Assembly (NCBI GenBank): GCA_951812955.1
Contig: OX638340.1
Location: forward strand, 2,272,001 to 2,336,000
DNA from: an uncultured Gemmatimonadota bacterium
Lineage (GTDB): Bacteria > JAAXHH01
Reading direction: 5' to 3'
Length of the DNA stretch: 64,000 bases
Part shown: positions 27,030-37,169 of the stretch, one piece after another
Layout: each line of letters starts with the position of its first letter
Position numbering within the stretch: the first letter of the stretch is position 1
Made by a program: the position numbers and the translations under genes
Notes under the pieces: model-generated
The model's database searches: none
Told to the model about the DNA's origin: nothing
The model's input: only the letters and a program-made list of their open reading frames with translations

Positions 27030-29555
27030 CTACTGTTCCAACAGCATGAAGCTGGTCGTCCTGGTTGCGCGCTGCCCGGAATGCCGGTCCTCAAGCGTCA
27101 CCGCGAGCACATACACACCGGCCGTCAGGTCCGTGGTATCGATCGCCGTGTACTCGGCTTCCTCGGACGTATCGCCCTCGCCCTCATACGACAGAACGAC
27201 GGTCTGCAGGTCGCCGGACCGATCAACCGGACGGCCGCCCGTATCCGGCATGCCCTCGGGTTTGATCTCGTAGTAGGTCTGGTAGGAGGTCCGTCCCGCT
27301 TCGTCTCTGTCCAGGTTATAGATCTCGTAATACACGTACACCAACTGGCCCCGCCCATATGCGCGCAACGGATGCGGCACGATGTTCAGCCCTTTCCTGA
27401 CGAACGATCCGGTCTGGTCGGTCGGCGTTATACCGGTAGACATCTTGAGGCCGCTGATCATCAGATCGCGTCCCTGGTAATCGGGGATGGAAACCGGTTT
27501 CCTGTAGACGCCGATGCGCTGGGAGGTTTCATCCTGCATCTCCACGGCCGCCGTGAACTGTCCCGAAGGCACCAGGACATCGACGGCCAGCGTGTAGGCC
27601 GATACCCGGGCCTGTTCGGAGCTTATCATCCGCTTCGGCCGTTCGATGGGACCGAAGCGGAACTTCTGATTAAGCACCGGCTTGTTTACCGTATCGCGCA
27701 GCGTGGCCTGGTTTCTCAGGAAAGTTTCGTTTCCAAGGCCGTCGGTGACGTCTCCGAACTGCCAGACTGGAAGGCTGTAGACCAGTTCCATTACCGTTTT
27801 CTTGCCGTTCCCCCGGAAAGTGGTGATGTCGAAGGCATAGTCCAGGCCGTCGCCTCCGAAATCGTGCTCGTAGTCTTCCGGGCTACGCTCGATCAGCTGT
27901 TCGGCGATCCGCTGGGGATGATGCATTTCCTCCTTCTGAATTTCGTTGAATGCAGCGTTGTTATCGGGTTCCGTGGAGATCATCAGCGTGCGCAGGGGGT
28001 AGTCGAACCGGCCCCCTCCCATCTGGTCGACGAAGAACAATTCCATGTCGTGCGCCGCGTATACCCAGCTCTCCGACCTGTAAGACGGCCCCATCGCCCG
28101 TCTTTGAACGATCCTGGTTTCGTAGTTGACCTCGGATTGATCATTTAATGAAGACTCTTCTGTGGCTACGTTGTCCGCGGTGAGGTTGTTCACGGTCAGA
28201 AGTGATGCAGCGCCGAAGCCCGCGCGATTCTTCGTGTCCTGTTCCAGCTGGACGGACACCTGTCCCCGGTCCACTTTCAAGCGGTAACCGAACTGCCAGT
28301 TCTTTTCGCGAATGGCGTCCACGGCCGGATTGCCGGTGGGCATGTAGATATCTCTTGGGTCCTCGTATGAGCGGAAGAGAAACCGTCGGCGGTCGTCGGG
28401 CTCGCCATAGCGGACGTATATCTCCCCACGACGGTCGTAGGGGAACCGAGCCGAGGAAAAGTGTATACGTGCATACATCACCCGCTTGTAATGTTCGACC
28501 AGGCGTTCGTTCTCGACCGTGGCTGGATTCGGGTCCCGGGCATTCCAGAAGTCCTGCCACAACCTGTCGCGGGCCGGTCCTTTCGCGGCCTCCCAGGCCG
28601 CCAGCTCGTCGGGAGAAGCCACGTGGGCCAGGTCCCAGTAAATCTCCTGTTCCTCGGACTCAAGCCCCTTGATGTAGGTCTCCAGCGACCGCTGCAGCAG
28701 GTCGTACTGTTTCTTCGAACTCATGGACAGCGCTTCGAACTGCGTCAGCATGGTCCGGATCAGGTCGGGCGTGATACCCTCCATCTCCTCCGCCATCTTC
28801 CGGAGCTGTTCTGCGCCCCGCTCGTAATATTCGAACCGGTGACAGATGCCGGCGAATTTCCGAAGCGTCTCGGGATGGTCCGGATTGACCTGGTACTGTC
28901 TCAGGTAATTAGTCAGCGCCTTGATGTAGTCGTCGTAACGGTCCCTGACGCGCTTCCCGTGGTCCGCCAGCTTCAGTTCCTCGTAACAACGGCCGAGTTG
29001 ATAGAATGCGTCCGGATGCTCGGGATCCAATTCTACAGTCCGCTCAAAGTACGCCCGGCCATCCTGATGACTGCCGATCAGCCAGGCGGTATCGACCTGG
29101 TCCATGTACGTCAGGCCCATGATGTACTGGATCTGGGCGTTTTCGGGATCCAGTCTCATGGCGGTGCGCAACGCCTTCCGGGCATCGAGGCGCCGGTGCG
29201 GCATGCGATTGTATACGAGCCCCAGGCCCATATGGCCAGGTGCCCATTTCCTGTCTCTCCTGACCGCGTGCTTGAAGGCCTTGAGCGCTTCTGCGTCCCT
29301 GTTCAGTGCGAACAGGGCCATGCCGAGCCAGTAGTGGCCGGAAGCACTGTTCTTATTATCCAGTACCGCCTGCTGCAACGGAGGCAGCGCTTCACGGTAC
29401 ATGCCCAGTTCGTAGTAGCGTTTGCCTTCTTCAAGCGATGACTGGCTTGCCAGCCCTGCATCCGGCGGCAAGGCGGACTGGGCCTGCGAGCGACCGAATG
29501 GGACCCACACGGTCAGAATCAGTGCGGCGGTTGAAATGAAACGGAGTGTAGTCAT
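27030..29555 (-). CDS. Secreted TPR-repeat protein with a conserved C-terminal domain resembling the GWxTD family (TPR-1).
   Basis: The start is at the internal MTTLRFISTAALILTVWVPFGRSQAQ signal. It has about 6 TPR units (YWLGMALFAL..., YIMGLTYM...). The C-terminal domain contains FWNARDPNPATVENERLVEHYKRVMYARIHF...PYDRRGEIYVRYGEPDD. This matches the remembered GWxTD-domain pattern with the GWxTD residues substituted. Confidence 0.6.
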   Translation of the reverse strand: MTTLRFISTAALILTVWVPFGRSQAQSALPPDAGLASQSSLEEGKRYYELGMYREALPPLQQAVLDNKNSASGHYWLGMALFALNRDAEALKAFKHAVRRDRKWAPGHMGLGLVYNRMPHRRLDARKALRTAMRLDPENAQIQYIMGLTYMDQVDTAWLIGSHQDGRAYFERTVELDPEHPDAFYQLGRCYEELKLADHGKRVRDRYDDYIKALTNYLRQYQVNPDHPETLRKFAGICHRFEYYERGAEQLRKMAEEMEGITPDLIRTMLTQFEALSMSSKKQYDLLQRSLETYIKGLESEEQEIYWDLAHVASPDELAAWEAAKGPARDRLWQDFWNARDPNPATVENERLVEHYKRVMYARIHFSSARFPYDRRGEIYVRYGEPDDRRRFLFRSYEDPRDIYMPTGNPAVDAIREKNWQFGYRLKVDRGQVSVQLEQDTKNRAGFGAASLLTVNNLTADNVATEESSLNDQSEVNYETRIVQRRAMGPSYRSESWVYAAHDMELFFVDQMGGGRFDYPLRTLMISTEPDNNAAFNEIQKEEMHHPQRIAEQLIERSPEDYEHDFGGDGLDYAFDITTFRGNGKKTVMELVYSLPVWQFGDVTDGLGNETFLRNQATLRDTVNKPVLNQKFRFGPIERPKRMISSEQARVSAYTLAVDVLVPSGQFTAAVEMQDETSQRIGVYRKPVSIPDYQGRDLMISGLKMSTGITPTDQTGSFVRKGLNIVPHPLRAYGRGQLVYVYYEIYNLDRDEAGRTSYQTYYEIKPEGMPDTGGRPVDRSGDLQTVVLSYEGEGDTSEEAEYTAIDTTDLTAGVYVLAVTLEDRHSGQRATRTTSFMLLEQ

Positions 29556-29575
29556 GATCTCTATGTGATAAACCG

Positions 29576-29630
29576 GGTACGGTATGGCCTGCAAGGTACG
29601 GTGTAGCCCGCATGGTACGATATGGCCTGC
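29576..29630. repeat. Three tandem 19-bp direct repeats (GGTACGGTATGGCCTGC-like) about 20-75 nt upstream of the TPR-1 start.
   Basis: Copies lie at 29576-29592, 29595-29611 and 29614-29630, with 2-3 mismatches between them. Confidence 0.8.
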
Positions 29631-29704
29631 GAACAAACTGAACCGTCGATCAAAGCGGCTGTTTCCCCACACGTTCGGCGACGCGGGGAAGACCGAAGAA
29701 AGTC

Positions 29705-32125
29705 CTACCGTTCCATGACCAGGAAGTTGGCTGATTTGGAAACGGTACTTCCCGCGTGCAGGTCGGTAAGCCTGACAGTAAGTATATACTCACCCGCCGG
29801 CAGACCCGAAGTATCCAATGAAGTATACTCACGGTCCTCGGCTGAAGACCCTTCTCCCGCGAAGGCCATCATTACCGTCTGCATGTCTCTTTGCCTGCGG
29901 GCCGACCAGCCACGCCTTTCAGTAACCTCCAGGGGGCTGATCTCGTAGTGGAATTCGTACGCTGTTCTCTTCTCCCTGTCCAGGCTGAGGTTGTATATCT
30001 CGCAGTAAACGTAAACGGGGTTTCCCCGAAGGTAGAGCCGTCCCGGATTGGGCGTGATGTTCAATCCCTTGCGCACAAAGGGGCCCTGTACGCCTGTCGG
30101 AGCGATGATGGTGGCCAACTTGAGATCGCTGATGAGTAATTCTTCGCCGCTGTAATCAGACAGGGTGACTGGCTTGCGATACACTCCGATCCGGCTCGTC
30201 GTCTCGTCCTGCACCTGGACCGCCAGCGTGAAGCGTCCCGCCGGCGCCACGACGCTAGCGGGCAACGAATACACCGGGACATTCACTTGGCTTTCGGCCA
30301 TCGGCCCCTTCGGCCGGTCGAAGGGGCCGAAACCGAACTCGTGGGTGAACTGCGGGCTCATGGTCGAATCACGCAGGGTGACCAGGTGCGCGAGCCGGGT
30401 CCTGATCCCTCTGCCGTCCGACACCTCACCGAACTGCCATATGGGTATGCTGTAGGACAGATCCAGTTCCGTTGCACCGTTGTCCGCCCTGAAACTTACG
30501 GCGTCGAAGGCGTACTCGAGCGGCTCTCCGCCGTAGTCGTGCAGGTATTCCTCCGGGGCTTTGGCGATCAGTTCTTTGGCGAGCCGCCGGGGACTGAACC
30601 TTTCCTGCCGGGCCATCGCCTGCGGGTTGGTAAGCAGGTTGCCCTGGGGGTAATCGAATCGGCCCCCGCCGAACTGGTCGACGAAGAACAGTTCCAGGCC
30701 ATGCCGGACGTATACCCAGCTCTCGGTAGTGTATCCCGCACCCATTTCCTTTCTCTCCCTCTGCAGGTCAAAGACCGCGGATGATGCAACGATTCCGTCG
30801 GCCAGCGTTCCGCCAAGGGAGTCCAGTTCTGCTACAGTTACCCCCTCGGGCGGGACGATCGTCAAATTGCCCCGGTCGACACGCAATTGATAGCCAAACC
30901 GGTTATTCTGCTCTCGGATCGCGTCCACTGCCGCGTCATCGGAAATCGTAGCACTTTGATAGGCAATCCGATCTGCGTTATAGACGTTGCCGCGGCGGTC
31001 TTCCGGTTCACCGTAACGGACGTACATCTCGCCGCGGCGGTCATAGGGGTGCTGTCCCTGTGAAAAATGGTACCGGGCATACATTACGCGACGGTAATGC
31101 GCTACGAGGCGTTCGTTGGTCACGGTGGCGGGATTCGAATCCCTGGCATTCCAGAAGGCATGCCAGCGCGCATCGCGTTCGAGTCCGCCGGCTTCCTTCC
31201 AGGACGCCAGCTCGTCAGGAGTAGCCACGTGCGCCAGATCCCGGTAAACGCGCTGTTCGTCAGGGCCAAGAAGGGAAATGTACGTTTCAAAAATCCCATG
31301 CAGCACATCCGGCCGTGATTTCGAGTCTTCGGAAAGCGTGCTGAATTGCGTAAGCAGGGTCTGGACGATAGCTGAACCCGAATCTTCAAGTTCTGCTCCG
31401 GCATGTTCCAGTAACTCAACGGCCAGACCATACCTTTCGGAAAGAAGGGCCAGATAGACGAAACGGCCGAGTGCGTCGTAATGGCCGGGATTTACCTTGA
31501 ACTGCGAGATATATGCCGCCATCGCCTTGTCGAATTCGGGCGACTCGGGCCGTTCAAAACAACGGCCGATCTGAAAATACGCATCGGGATGGGAAGGATC
31601 CAATACCGCCGCTTTGAGGAAATAGTTCCGGCCGTCCCGGCCGCCACCCAGAATCCGGTCGGTCTTTCGCGGATTCATATGGGCGATTCCGATATGGTAC
31701 TGGATTTCCGGGTCGTCAGGCGCCAGCCTGGCCGCCATACGCAAGGCGTGACGCGCGTCCAGTCTTCGGTATTTCAACTGAATGTAGGACTTGCCCAGCC
31801 CCACGTAGCCTAACGCCAACTTCTCGTCCAGTTCGACTGAACGCTTGAACGAACTTACCGCCTTCCGGTATTGCTCCAACCCGTATTGAGCCATGCCGAG
31901 CCAGTAGTGGGCGGGCGCCGAACCCCCATCAGCCTCGACGGCCTGATTAAAGTACGGCAATGCTTCCGCGAACTTTTCCTGGTCGAATAGCGTCCGGCCC
32001 GCTTCCAGGGGAGTCCGCTGGCCGGTTTCAGCGACTGTATCCGTTGCGGAGGATTGGGCCTGTAGGCGACCCTGCATGAGTAAAACGAGCAGCACCGCTA
32101 CCAGAAGAACAGGGTATCTGGTCAT
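29705..32125 (-). CDS. Secreted TPR-repeat protein with a GWxTD-like C-terminal domain (TPR-2, paralog of 27030..29555).
   Basis: Signal peptide MTRYPVLLVAVLLVLLMQGRLQAQS, then TPR repeats. The C-terminal domain (FWNARDSNPATVTNERLVAHYRRVMYARYHF...PYDRRGEMYVRYGEPED) is co-linear with TPR-1. Confidence 0.6.
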   Translation of the reverse strand: MTRYPVLLVAVLLVLLMQGRLQAQSSATDTVAETGQRTPLEAGRTLFDQEKFAEALPYFNQAVEADGGSAPAHYWLGMAQYGLEQYRKAVSSFKRSVELDEKLALGYVGLGKSYIQLKYRRLDARHALRMAARLAPDDPEIQYHIGIAHMNPRKTDRILGGGRDGRNYFLKAAVLDPSHPDAYFQIGRCFERPESPEFDKAMAAYISQFKVNPGHYDALGRFVYLALLSERYGLAVELLEHAGAELEDSGSAIVQTLLTQFSTLSEDSKSRPDVLHGIFETYISLLGPDEQRVYRDLAHVATPDELASWKEAGGLERDARWHAFWNARDSNPATVTNERLVAHYRRVMYARYHFSQGQHPYDRRGEMYVRYGEPEDRRGNVYNADRIAYQSATISDDAAVDAIREQNNRFGYQLRVDRGNLTIVPPEGVTVAELDSLGGTLADGIVASSAVFDLQRERKEMGAGYTTESWVYVRHGLELFFVDQFGGGRFDYPQGNLLTNPQAMARQERFSPRRLAKELIAKAPEEYLHDYGGEPLEYAFDAVSFRADNGATELDLSYSIPIWQFGEVSDGRGIRTRLAHLVTLRDSTMSPQFTHEFGFGPFDRPKGPMAESQVNVPVYSLPASVVAPAGRFTLAVQVQDETTSRIGVYRKPVTLSDYSGEELLISDLKLATIIAPTGVQGPFVRKGLNITPNPGRLYLRGNPVYVYCEIYNLSLDREKRTAYEFHYEISPLEVTERRGWSARRQRDMQTVMMAFAGEGSSAEDREYTSLDTSGLPAGEYILTVRLTDLHAGSTVSKSANFLVMER

Positions 32126-32630
32126 GCCAAACCAACTTGTAGGGGGAAATGACGAAAAGAGATGGAACCTGCTTTAACAGATCCAGGTAATGCCTGCAAC
32201 CTACCCTTATTCGCGGCCACAGTCAAACAAAAGCGGCCTAATCTCGCCGCAGGGTGTCCGCCGGGTTGAGCATGGCGCTTCGGAAGGTATGCACGCTCAC
32301 GGTGAGCAGGGCGGTGGCCAGGACAACCAGTCCCGCCGCGACGAAAGGCGCAGCACCGATCTCCGTCCGGTAGGCGAAGTCCGCCAGCCACTCGTTCATG
32401 AGCCACCAGGCGGCCGGCCAGGCGAGGACGTTGCCGATCACCACGAGGACGACGAACTGCCTCGACAGCAGGCCGACTATATCTGAGACCGCGGCGCCCA
32501 TCACCTTGCGGATGCCGACTTCCCGCGTGCGGCGCGCGATGTCCAGCGACACGAGTCCATATACACCCAGGCAGGCGATCAGCAGGGCGAATACCGCGGA
32601 ATAGGTGAAAATGCGCGCAAGGTTGGCTTC
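31970..32630. repeat. Segment about 97% identical to 36903..37565. It covers the TPR-2 5-prime end, the intergenic region and the FtsX 3-prime end.
   Basis: Direct alignment of the two stretches shows only scattered mismatches across 660 bp. Divergence begins upstream of about 32630 and 37565. Confidence 0.85.
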
Positions 32631-34610
32631 ACCCTCGTAGAATCGGGCGATGTCGTCATCAAGGAAGGAATACTCGAAAAGCGATTCCGGGGCGATCTCC
32701 ATCCATGCCGCTCTCAACAGATCCAACGTGGCAGGCAGGTCCCGCCCGCTGACGCGTACCAGGAGGAAATTAACACCACCCTGGGTTTCCTCCCCGAAGG
32801 AAGCGGGATTCATCGTCAGGATTACCGGCTCTATTTCTTGATGCATCGACTGGTAGTGGTAGTCCTCCAACACGCCGATGACCGTATATCCGTGGGGCAG
32901 GGTCCGTCCGAGGGGGTCGTCCCATTCCATCACCCTGGCCGCGGCTTGGTTGATTATACATGACCCGGATTCGTCGTTGCCGAACTCCCGGGAAAAATCT
33001 CGTCCTGAGACCAGGTTCAGCTCTAGCGCCTTCACGTAATCGTAATCCACCGTGAACATATATGCTTCAAGCTTGTTCCCGTCCTTATCTGTATAGGCGG
33101 ACTGACCCAGGCCCCGACCGAAGGTGTTGGAAGCTCCCGTCACCAGGATTACGTTCTCATACGAGTTTATCCTGGATTTATAGACGTCCGCGGAGTTGGA
33201 ATTGGGCCCCATGTGGATGACGATGACGTTTTCCTTGTTGTATCCCAGATCTGTGTTCATGACGAAGTCCAACTGTCGGGTCATGACGAGTATGGAAACA
33301 ACGAGTAAGGCAGACAGGCCGAACTGGACGACCATCAGGCCGCGGATAACCAGGTTTGGGCTCCCGATCCGAACCTGATGTCTGAATACGGCAACGGGAT
33401 TGAAACGGGAGAGGATCAGGGCGGGATAGCTCCCGGACGCCAGGGCAACCAGGCCAGTCAACACTAGTAGCGCGGCGATCGTAGAGCCGTTGGAGAGATA
33501 ATCTAGGACGTATGAGCTTCCCGCCAGCGTGTTGAATACAGGAAGAAACAGGTGGGCCAGGATAACGCCTAAGATGAGGGCGAAGCAACTCAACACCGCG
33601 GTCTCACCCAGGAACTGTTTCATGATCTGGGTTTTCTGCGCACCGAACACCTTCCGCAGTCCAACCTCCCTGGCGCGCGAAGACGATCGGCAGAAGGCCA
33701 GGTTCATGAAATTCACGCAGGCGATGAAAAGAACGAAAAGCGCCGTGCAAATCAGTATGTAAGACCTGTTGGGATCGCTCGTGGTACCCTGGCCAAACCT
33801 CACACCCTGAGCAAGATACATGTCCGTTAAAGGCTGCAATTCCAGGTATGGCGATCCCATCTGTGAAAAATGAGTCTCGACAAAACCCGGCAACTGGTTT
33901 TCAAGCATGTCTGCCATTTCCGGATCCGACAGCTCGACGTAGGTTGAGGAGACACTGTAGTTCCAATTGCCGATCGCCTGATTCGTCCAGTTGTCGATAG
34001 CAAACATTTTGTCGAAGGGGATCAGGAAATCGAACCGTATGCTGGAATTAACCGGAGTGTTCTCTGCTACCCCGGCCACCAAAAACGGTTCACCTCGTAT
34101 CGTGAGTTGCCTGCCCAGGGGGCTTCCCGTCCCAAAATACTTCTCGGCGGCGGACTGGCTGATCACCACCGAGTTCAGTTCGTTCAGGACCGTCCCGGGA
34201 TCACCTTCGATCAATGGGAAGGAGAACACGCTGAATATCGATGGATCGCTATACAGAACGTGTTCTTCCCGGAACACATCATTACCAACACGGACTTCCG
34301 CCCCTCCGGTGGTTCGTATTCGCACGGTCTGTTCGACGCCGGGATACTGTTCCTTAAAGGCAGCGGCAAGTGGAAGAGGGGTAATCCCACTGGTATATAA
34401 GTTATCCTCGAAACCTGATCCACCGACGTTGACCCGGTAGATCCGGTCCGCCTTCTCGTGAAAGGCGTCGTAGGTCCACTCCTGGCGCACGAAGAGAAAT
34501 ACGAGGAGGCTGCAGGCGATGCCGGTGGACAGGCCCAGCGTGTTGATGAAGAAGTAGCCCTTGTTGCCGAACAGGTGCCGAAACGCGATGACAAGGTGGT
34601 TTTTCAGCAT
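32238..34610 (-). CDS. ABC-transporter FtsX/MacB-type permease (FtsX-2).
   Basis: 790 aa beginning MLKNHLVIAFRHLFGNKGYFFINTLGLSTGIACSLLVFLFV.... It has two FtsX blocks. Its last roughly 130 aa are identical to FtsX-3. Confidence 0.85.
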   Translation of the reverse strand: MLKNHLVIAFRHLFGNKGYFFINTLGLSTGIACSLLVFLFVRQEWTYDAFHEKADRIYRVNVGGSGFEDNLYTSGITPLPLAAAFKEQYPGVEQTVRIRTTGGAEVRVGNDVFREEHVLYSDPSIFSVFSFPLIEGDPGTVLNELNSVVISQSAAEKYFGTGSPLGRQLTIRGEPFLVAGVAENTPVNSSIRFDFLIPFDKMFAIDNWTNQAIGNWNYSVSSTYVELSDPEMADMLENQLPGFVETHFSQMGSPYLELQPLTDMYLAQGVRFGQGTTSDPNRSYILICTALFVLFIACVNFMNLAFCRSSSRAREVGLRKVFGAQKTQIMKQFLGETAVLSCFALILGVILAHLFLPVFNTLAGSSYVLDYLSNGSTIAALLVLTGLVALASGSYPALILSRFNPVAVFRHQVRIGSPNLVIRGLMVVQFGLSALLVVSILVMTRQLDFVMNTDLGYNKENVIVIHMGPNSNSADVYKSRINSYENVILVTGASNTFGRGLGQSAYTDKDGNKLEAYMFTVDYDYVKALELNLVSGRDFSREFGNDESGSCIINQAAARVMEWDDPLGRTLPHGYTVIGVLEDYHYQSMHQEIEPVILTMNPASFGEETQGGVNFLLVRVSGRDLPATLDLLRAAWMEIAPESLFEYSFLDDDIARFYEGEANLARIFTYSAVFALLIACLGVYGLVSLDIARRTREVGIRKVMGAAVSDIVGLLSRQFVVLVVIGNVLAWPAAWWLMNEWLADFAYRTEIGAAPFVAAGLVVLATALLTVSVHTFRSAMLNPADTLRRD

Positions 34611-34686
34611 GATCGTTTTGCCTCCTGTCGCTTACGAGCTGTAAGCCGGAAAACGTTCCTGAGGAAACACGATCTTGGAATGGCAA

Positions 34687-34719
34687 AGGGGATCTACGGT
34701 TTCGACCCGTCGATCCCCT
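34687..34719. other. Hairpin with an 8-bp stem (AGGGGATC / GATCCCCT) and a 17-nt loop, between Big_2-1 and FtsX-2. It is repeated at 39617-39649 with a 9-bp stem.
   Basis: Sequence aggggatctacggtttcgacccgtcgatcccct. There is no strong U-tract, so it could be a weak terminator for the Big_2 gene or a regulatory element for the FtsX gene. Confidence 0.35.
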
Positions 34720-34779
34720 GAAAAGTTGCATGTTGGTAACTATTGCGATGCCGGAACTTACGTAGTGCATTCCCGACTG

Positions 34780-36381
34780 TCAGTCAACGACAAACGTGTT
34801 TTCACTACGGCGAAAACTCCTATCATCGCCAAACGAAACATCATAAACCAGTCTATACTCACCGGCGACTTCCGGATCGTATGGGCAAGCGTCGAATTCC
34901 ACCCGTGTGGCCTCGATGTCTTCCCATGTACTGCCCATATCGTCGCTTCGCTGCCATACGGAGTAATGGACCGTCATGGGGATACCTAACGGCTGAGTTG
35001 GGTAGTTGTTTAGTTCAGCACGAAAGAGTGAACTTGCACAGTATTCTATAGTTATAGGAGTATATCCTGGTCCCGTGAATATCAACTTACCGGGCTCGAC
35101 CTTCCAACCTTCCCACGGGACATAGACTATCTCGTCGACTGGCTCGTCGACGCCTTCGCCGCCATCCCCGCCATCCCCGCCTTCACCACCTTCCCCTTCA
35201 GTCGGAACCATGACCGTGATACTCACCATGGCCGACACGTCGCCGGACGCGGCCGTGACTACGGCCATGCCGTTGCCCACCGCTTCTACCAATCCATCCT
35301 CGTCCACGGTGATCACGTTTTCGTCACCGCTCGTCCACGTGACGGCCGGTTCGGCAATGGCATTGTCGTTCCCGTCGCTGACGGAAACCATGAGTTGCAG
35401 GGTCTGTTCGATCTCGGTCAGCGTGGTGGCATCGGGTGCGACCTCGATGCTGATGCCGGCCGGAACCTGGGCGACGGTGATCGACGCAGTCCCCATAGCG
35501 TCTCCGGCCTGTGCCGTGATCTCCGCCATGCCGTTGTCCACCGCGGTCACAAGCCCGTTCTCGTCCACGGTGGCCACGGCGTCATCGGCGCTTGACCAGG
35601 TCACCATCACGTCCTCCATCGCGTTTTCGTGCTGGTCCAGCACGACGGCCGCGAGTTCCACGGTGTCGCCGATCGCTTCCAGCGTGTGCGCAGCGGGCTC
35701 GATCGTCAGGCTCGTCGGCACGGATACGGATACCGTGATGGACGCACTGGCGGACAGGCTGCCGGATGTGGCCGTGATCTCAGCCATCCCGTTACTCACC
35801 GCCGTTACAAGGCCCGCCCCGCTCACGGTCGCCACGGCGTCGTCGCCGCTCGACCAGGTGATGGACTGGCCGGACATGATGTTGTTCCGCTGATCCCGCA
35901 CCGTAGCCGACAACTGTACCGTTTCCCCGATCGCCTTCAGCGTATGGGACGTCGGTGCGACCGTGATCCGGGTCGGCACCGGCTCGGCCACCGTGATGTT
36001 CGCAGTGCCCGTCGCGTTGCCGGACTGCGCCCTTATTTGCGCGGCGCCGTTGGCCACGGCCGTCACCAGGCCATTTCCGCTGACAGTCGCCACCGCGGTA
36101 TTGCTGCTCGACCAAGTCACCGCCTGGCCGGTCATCGGATTGTTGTTCTGGTCCCTCACCATGGCCATCAGTTGCACGGTCGCGCCAATCGTCGCCAGCG
36201 TGTGCGAAGACGGCGTGACAGAAATGCTCGTCGCAACGGGCGCAGGCGGTGGAGCAGGCGGGGTCGGTGTGGACGGCTCGGGACTCGTCGGGCTGCTGTC
36301 CCCGCCACCGCATCCCGCCAGAAAAACCAGGTACAAGGATGCCGTGATCTTGGCGAACACGCGACTGTATGGACCAAACAC
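34780..36381 (-). CDS. Surface lipoprotein with four Big_2 (bacterial Ig-like group 2) domains, a Gly/Glu/Asp linker and an unclassified roughly 125-aa Cys-containing C-terminal domain (Big2-1).
   Basis: GTG start with an AAGGAG ribosome-binding site. It begins MFGPYSRVFAKITASLYLVFLAGCGGGDSS (lipobox), followed by a Pro/Thr linker. Four repeats carry the Big_2 signature (..TVQL.A.V.DQ.NN.M.GQ..TWSS....VATV...GLVTAV.NG.A.I.A..). The C-terminal domain reads VPWEG...CASSL...VHYSVWQRSDDMGSTWEDIE...DACPY.PEVAGEYRLV. Confidence 0.8.
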   Translation of the reverse strand: MFGPYSRVFAKITASLYLVFLAGCGGGDSSPTSPEPSTPTPPAPPPAPVATSISVTPSSHTLATIGATVQLMAMVRDQNNNPMTGQAVTWSSSNTAVATVSGNGLVTAVANGAAQIRAQSGNATGTANITVAEPVPTRITVAPTSHTLKAIGETVQLSATVRDQRNNIMSGQSITWSSGDDAVATVSGAGLVTAVSNGMAEITATSGSLSASASITVSVSVPTSLTIEPAAHTLEAIGDTVELAAVVLDQHENAMEDVMVTWSSADDAVATVDENGLVTAVDNGMAEITAQAGDAMGTASITVAQVPAGISIEVAPDATTLTEIEQTLQLMVSVSDGNDNAIAEPAVTWTSGDENVITVDEDGLVEAVGNGMAVVTAASGDVSAMVSITVMVPTEGEGGEGGDGGDGGEGVDEPVDEIVYVPWEGWKVEPGKLIFTGPGYTPITIEYCASSLFRAELNNYPTQPLGIPMTVHYSVWQRSDDMGSTWEDIEATRVEFDACPYDPEVAGEYRLVYDVSFGDDRSFRRSENTFVVD

Positions 36382-36463
36382 TGCTGTCTCCTTTCGGCTA
36401 ATTACTGAAAAGCGGTTCGTTGTAATCTACCGTTCTTGATCTCGATGAACAGATTATCTGACT

Positions 36464-37057
36464 TCATGCACGCAGGCCCTTCATACTCTCCCGGGCCGCT
36501 TCGAGGGTCCGGTCGATGTCTTCTTCGGTATGGGCCAGGGACACAAACCCCGTTTCAAGGCGCGAAGGCGCCAGGTAGACGCCCCGGTCCAGCATATTCC
36601 AGAAGTATCGCCCGTACGTATCCGCGTCTGACGTGGAAGCTGCATCGAAATTGTTGACGGTCTGATCTGTGAAGAAGGTACACATCATGGAGCCCACACG
36701 GGTCAGGCAGGCCGGGACGCCGGCCGCTTCCGCCGCGGCGCGAAGGCCGTCGCCGAGGCGGGCGGCCAGGGATTCCAGCCGGTCGTAGACCCCGGGTTCC
36801 TGAAGCTGCCGCACCGTTTCATATCCAGCGGTCATGGCAAGCGGATTGCCGGACAGCGTGCCGGCCTGGTAAACCTCACCGGCGGGCGCCACGGTTTCCA
36901 TGAACTTTTCCTGGTCGAATAGCGCACGTCCCGCTTCCAGGGGAGTCCGCTGGCCGGTTTCAGCGACTGTATCATCTGCGGTGGATTGGGCCTGGAGGCG
37001 ACCCTGCATGAGAAAAACGAGCAGGACCGCTACCAGAAGTACAGGGTATCTGGTCAT
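36464..37057 (-). pseudogene. Chimeric in-frame ORF. The TPR-2-type promoter, ribosome-binding site and signal peptide (50 codons) are fused to the C-terminal 147 codons of hemL. It is the junction product of the tandem segmental duplication.
   Basis: The N-terminus MTRYPVLLVAVLLVFLMQGRLQAQSTADDTVAETGQRTPLEAGRALFDQEKF equals the start of the 29705..32125 gene. The remainder, METVAPAGEVYQAGTLSGNPLAMTAGYETV...MKGLRA, equals the end of the 41855..43144 hemL gene. The breakpoint is at about 36903. Confidence 0.7.
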
Positions 37058-37169
37058 GGCAAACCAACTCGTAGGGGGAAATGACGGAAAGAAATGGAAC
37101 CTGCTTTAACATATGCAGGTAATGCCTGCAACCTACCCTTATTCGCGGCCTCAGTCAAACAAATGCGGC

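Larger units (their letters stand above)
34610..36903. repeat. Segment homologous to 39541..42294, mosaic at 75-100% identity. It contains the Big_2 gene and the 3-prime 450 nt of hemL.
   Basis: The Big_2 N-terminal 1.2 kb and the hemL fragment are essentially identical between the copies. The Big_2 C-terminal-domain region is about 75-90% identical, and copy B carries an extra roughly 460-bp internal tandem duplication. Confidence 0.8.
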
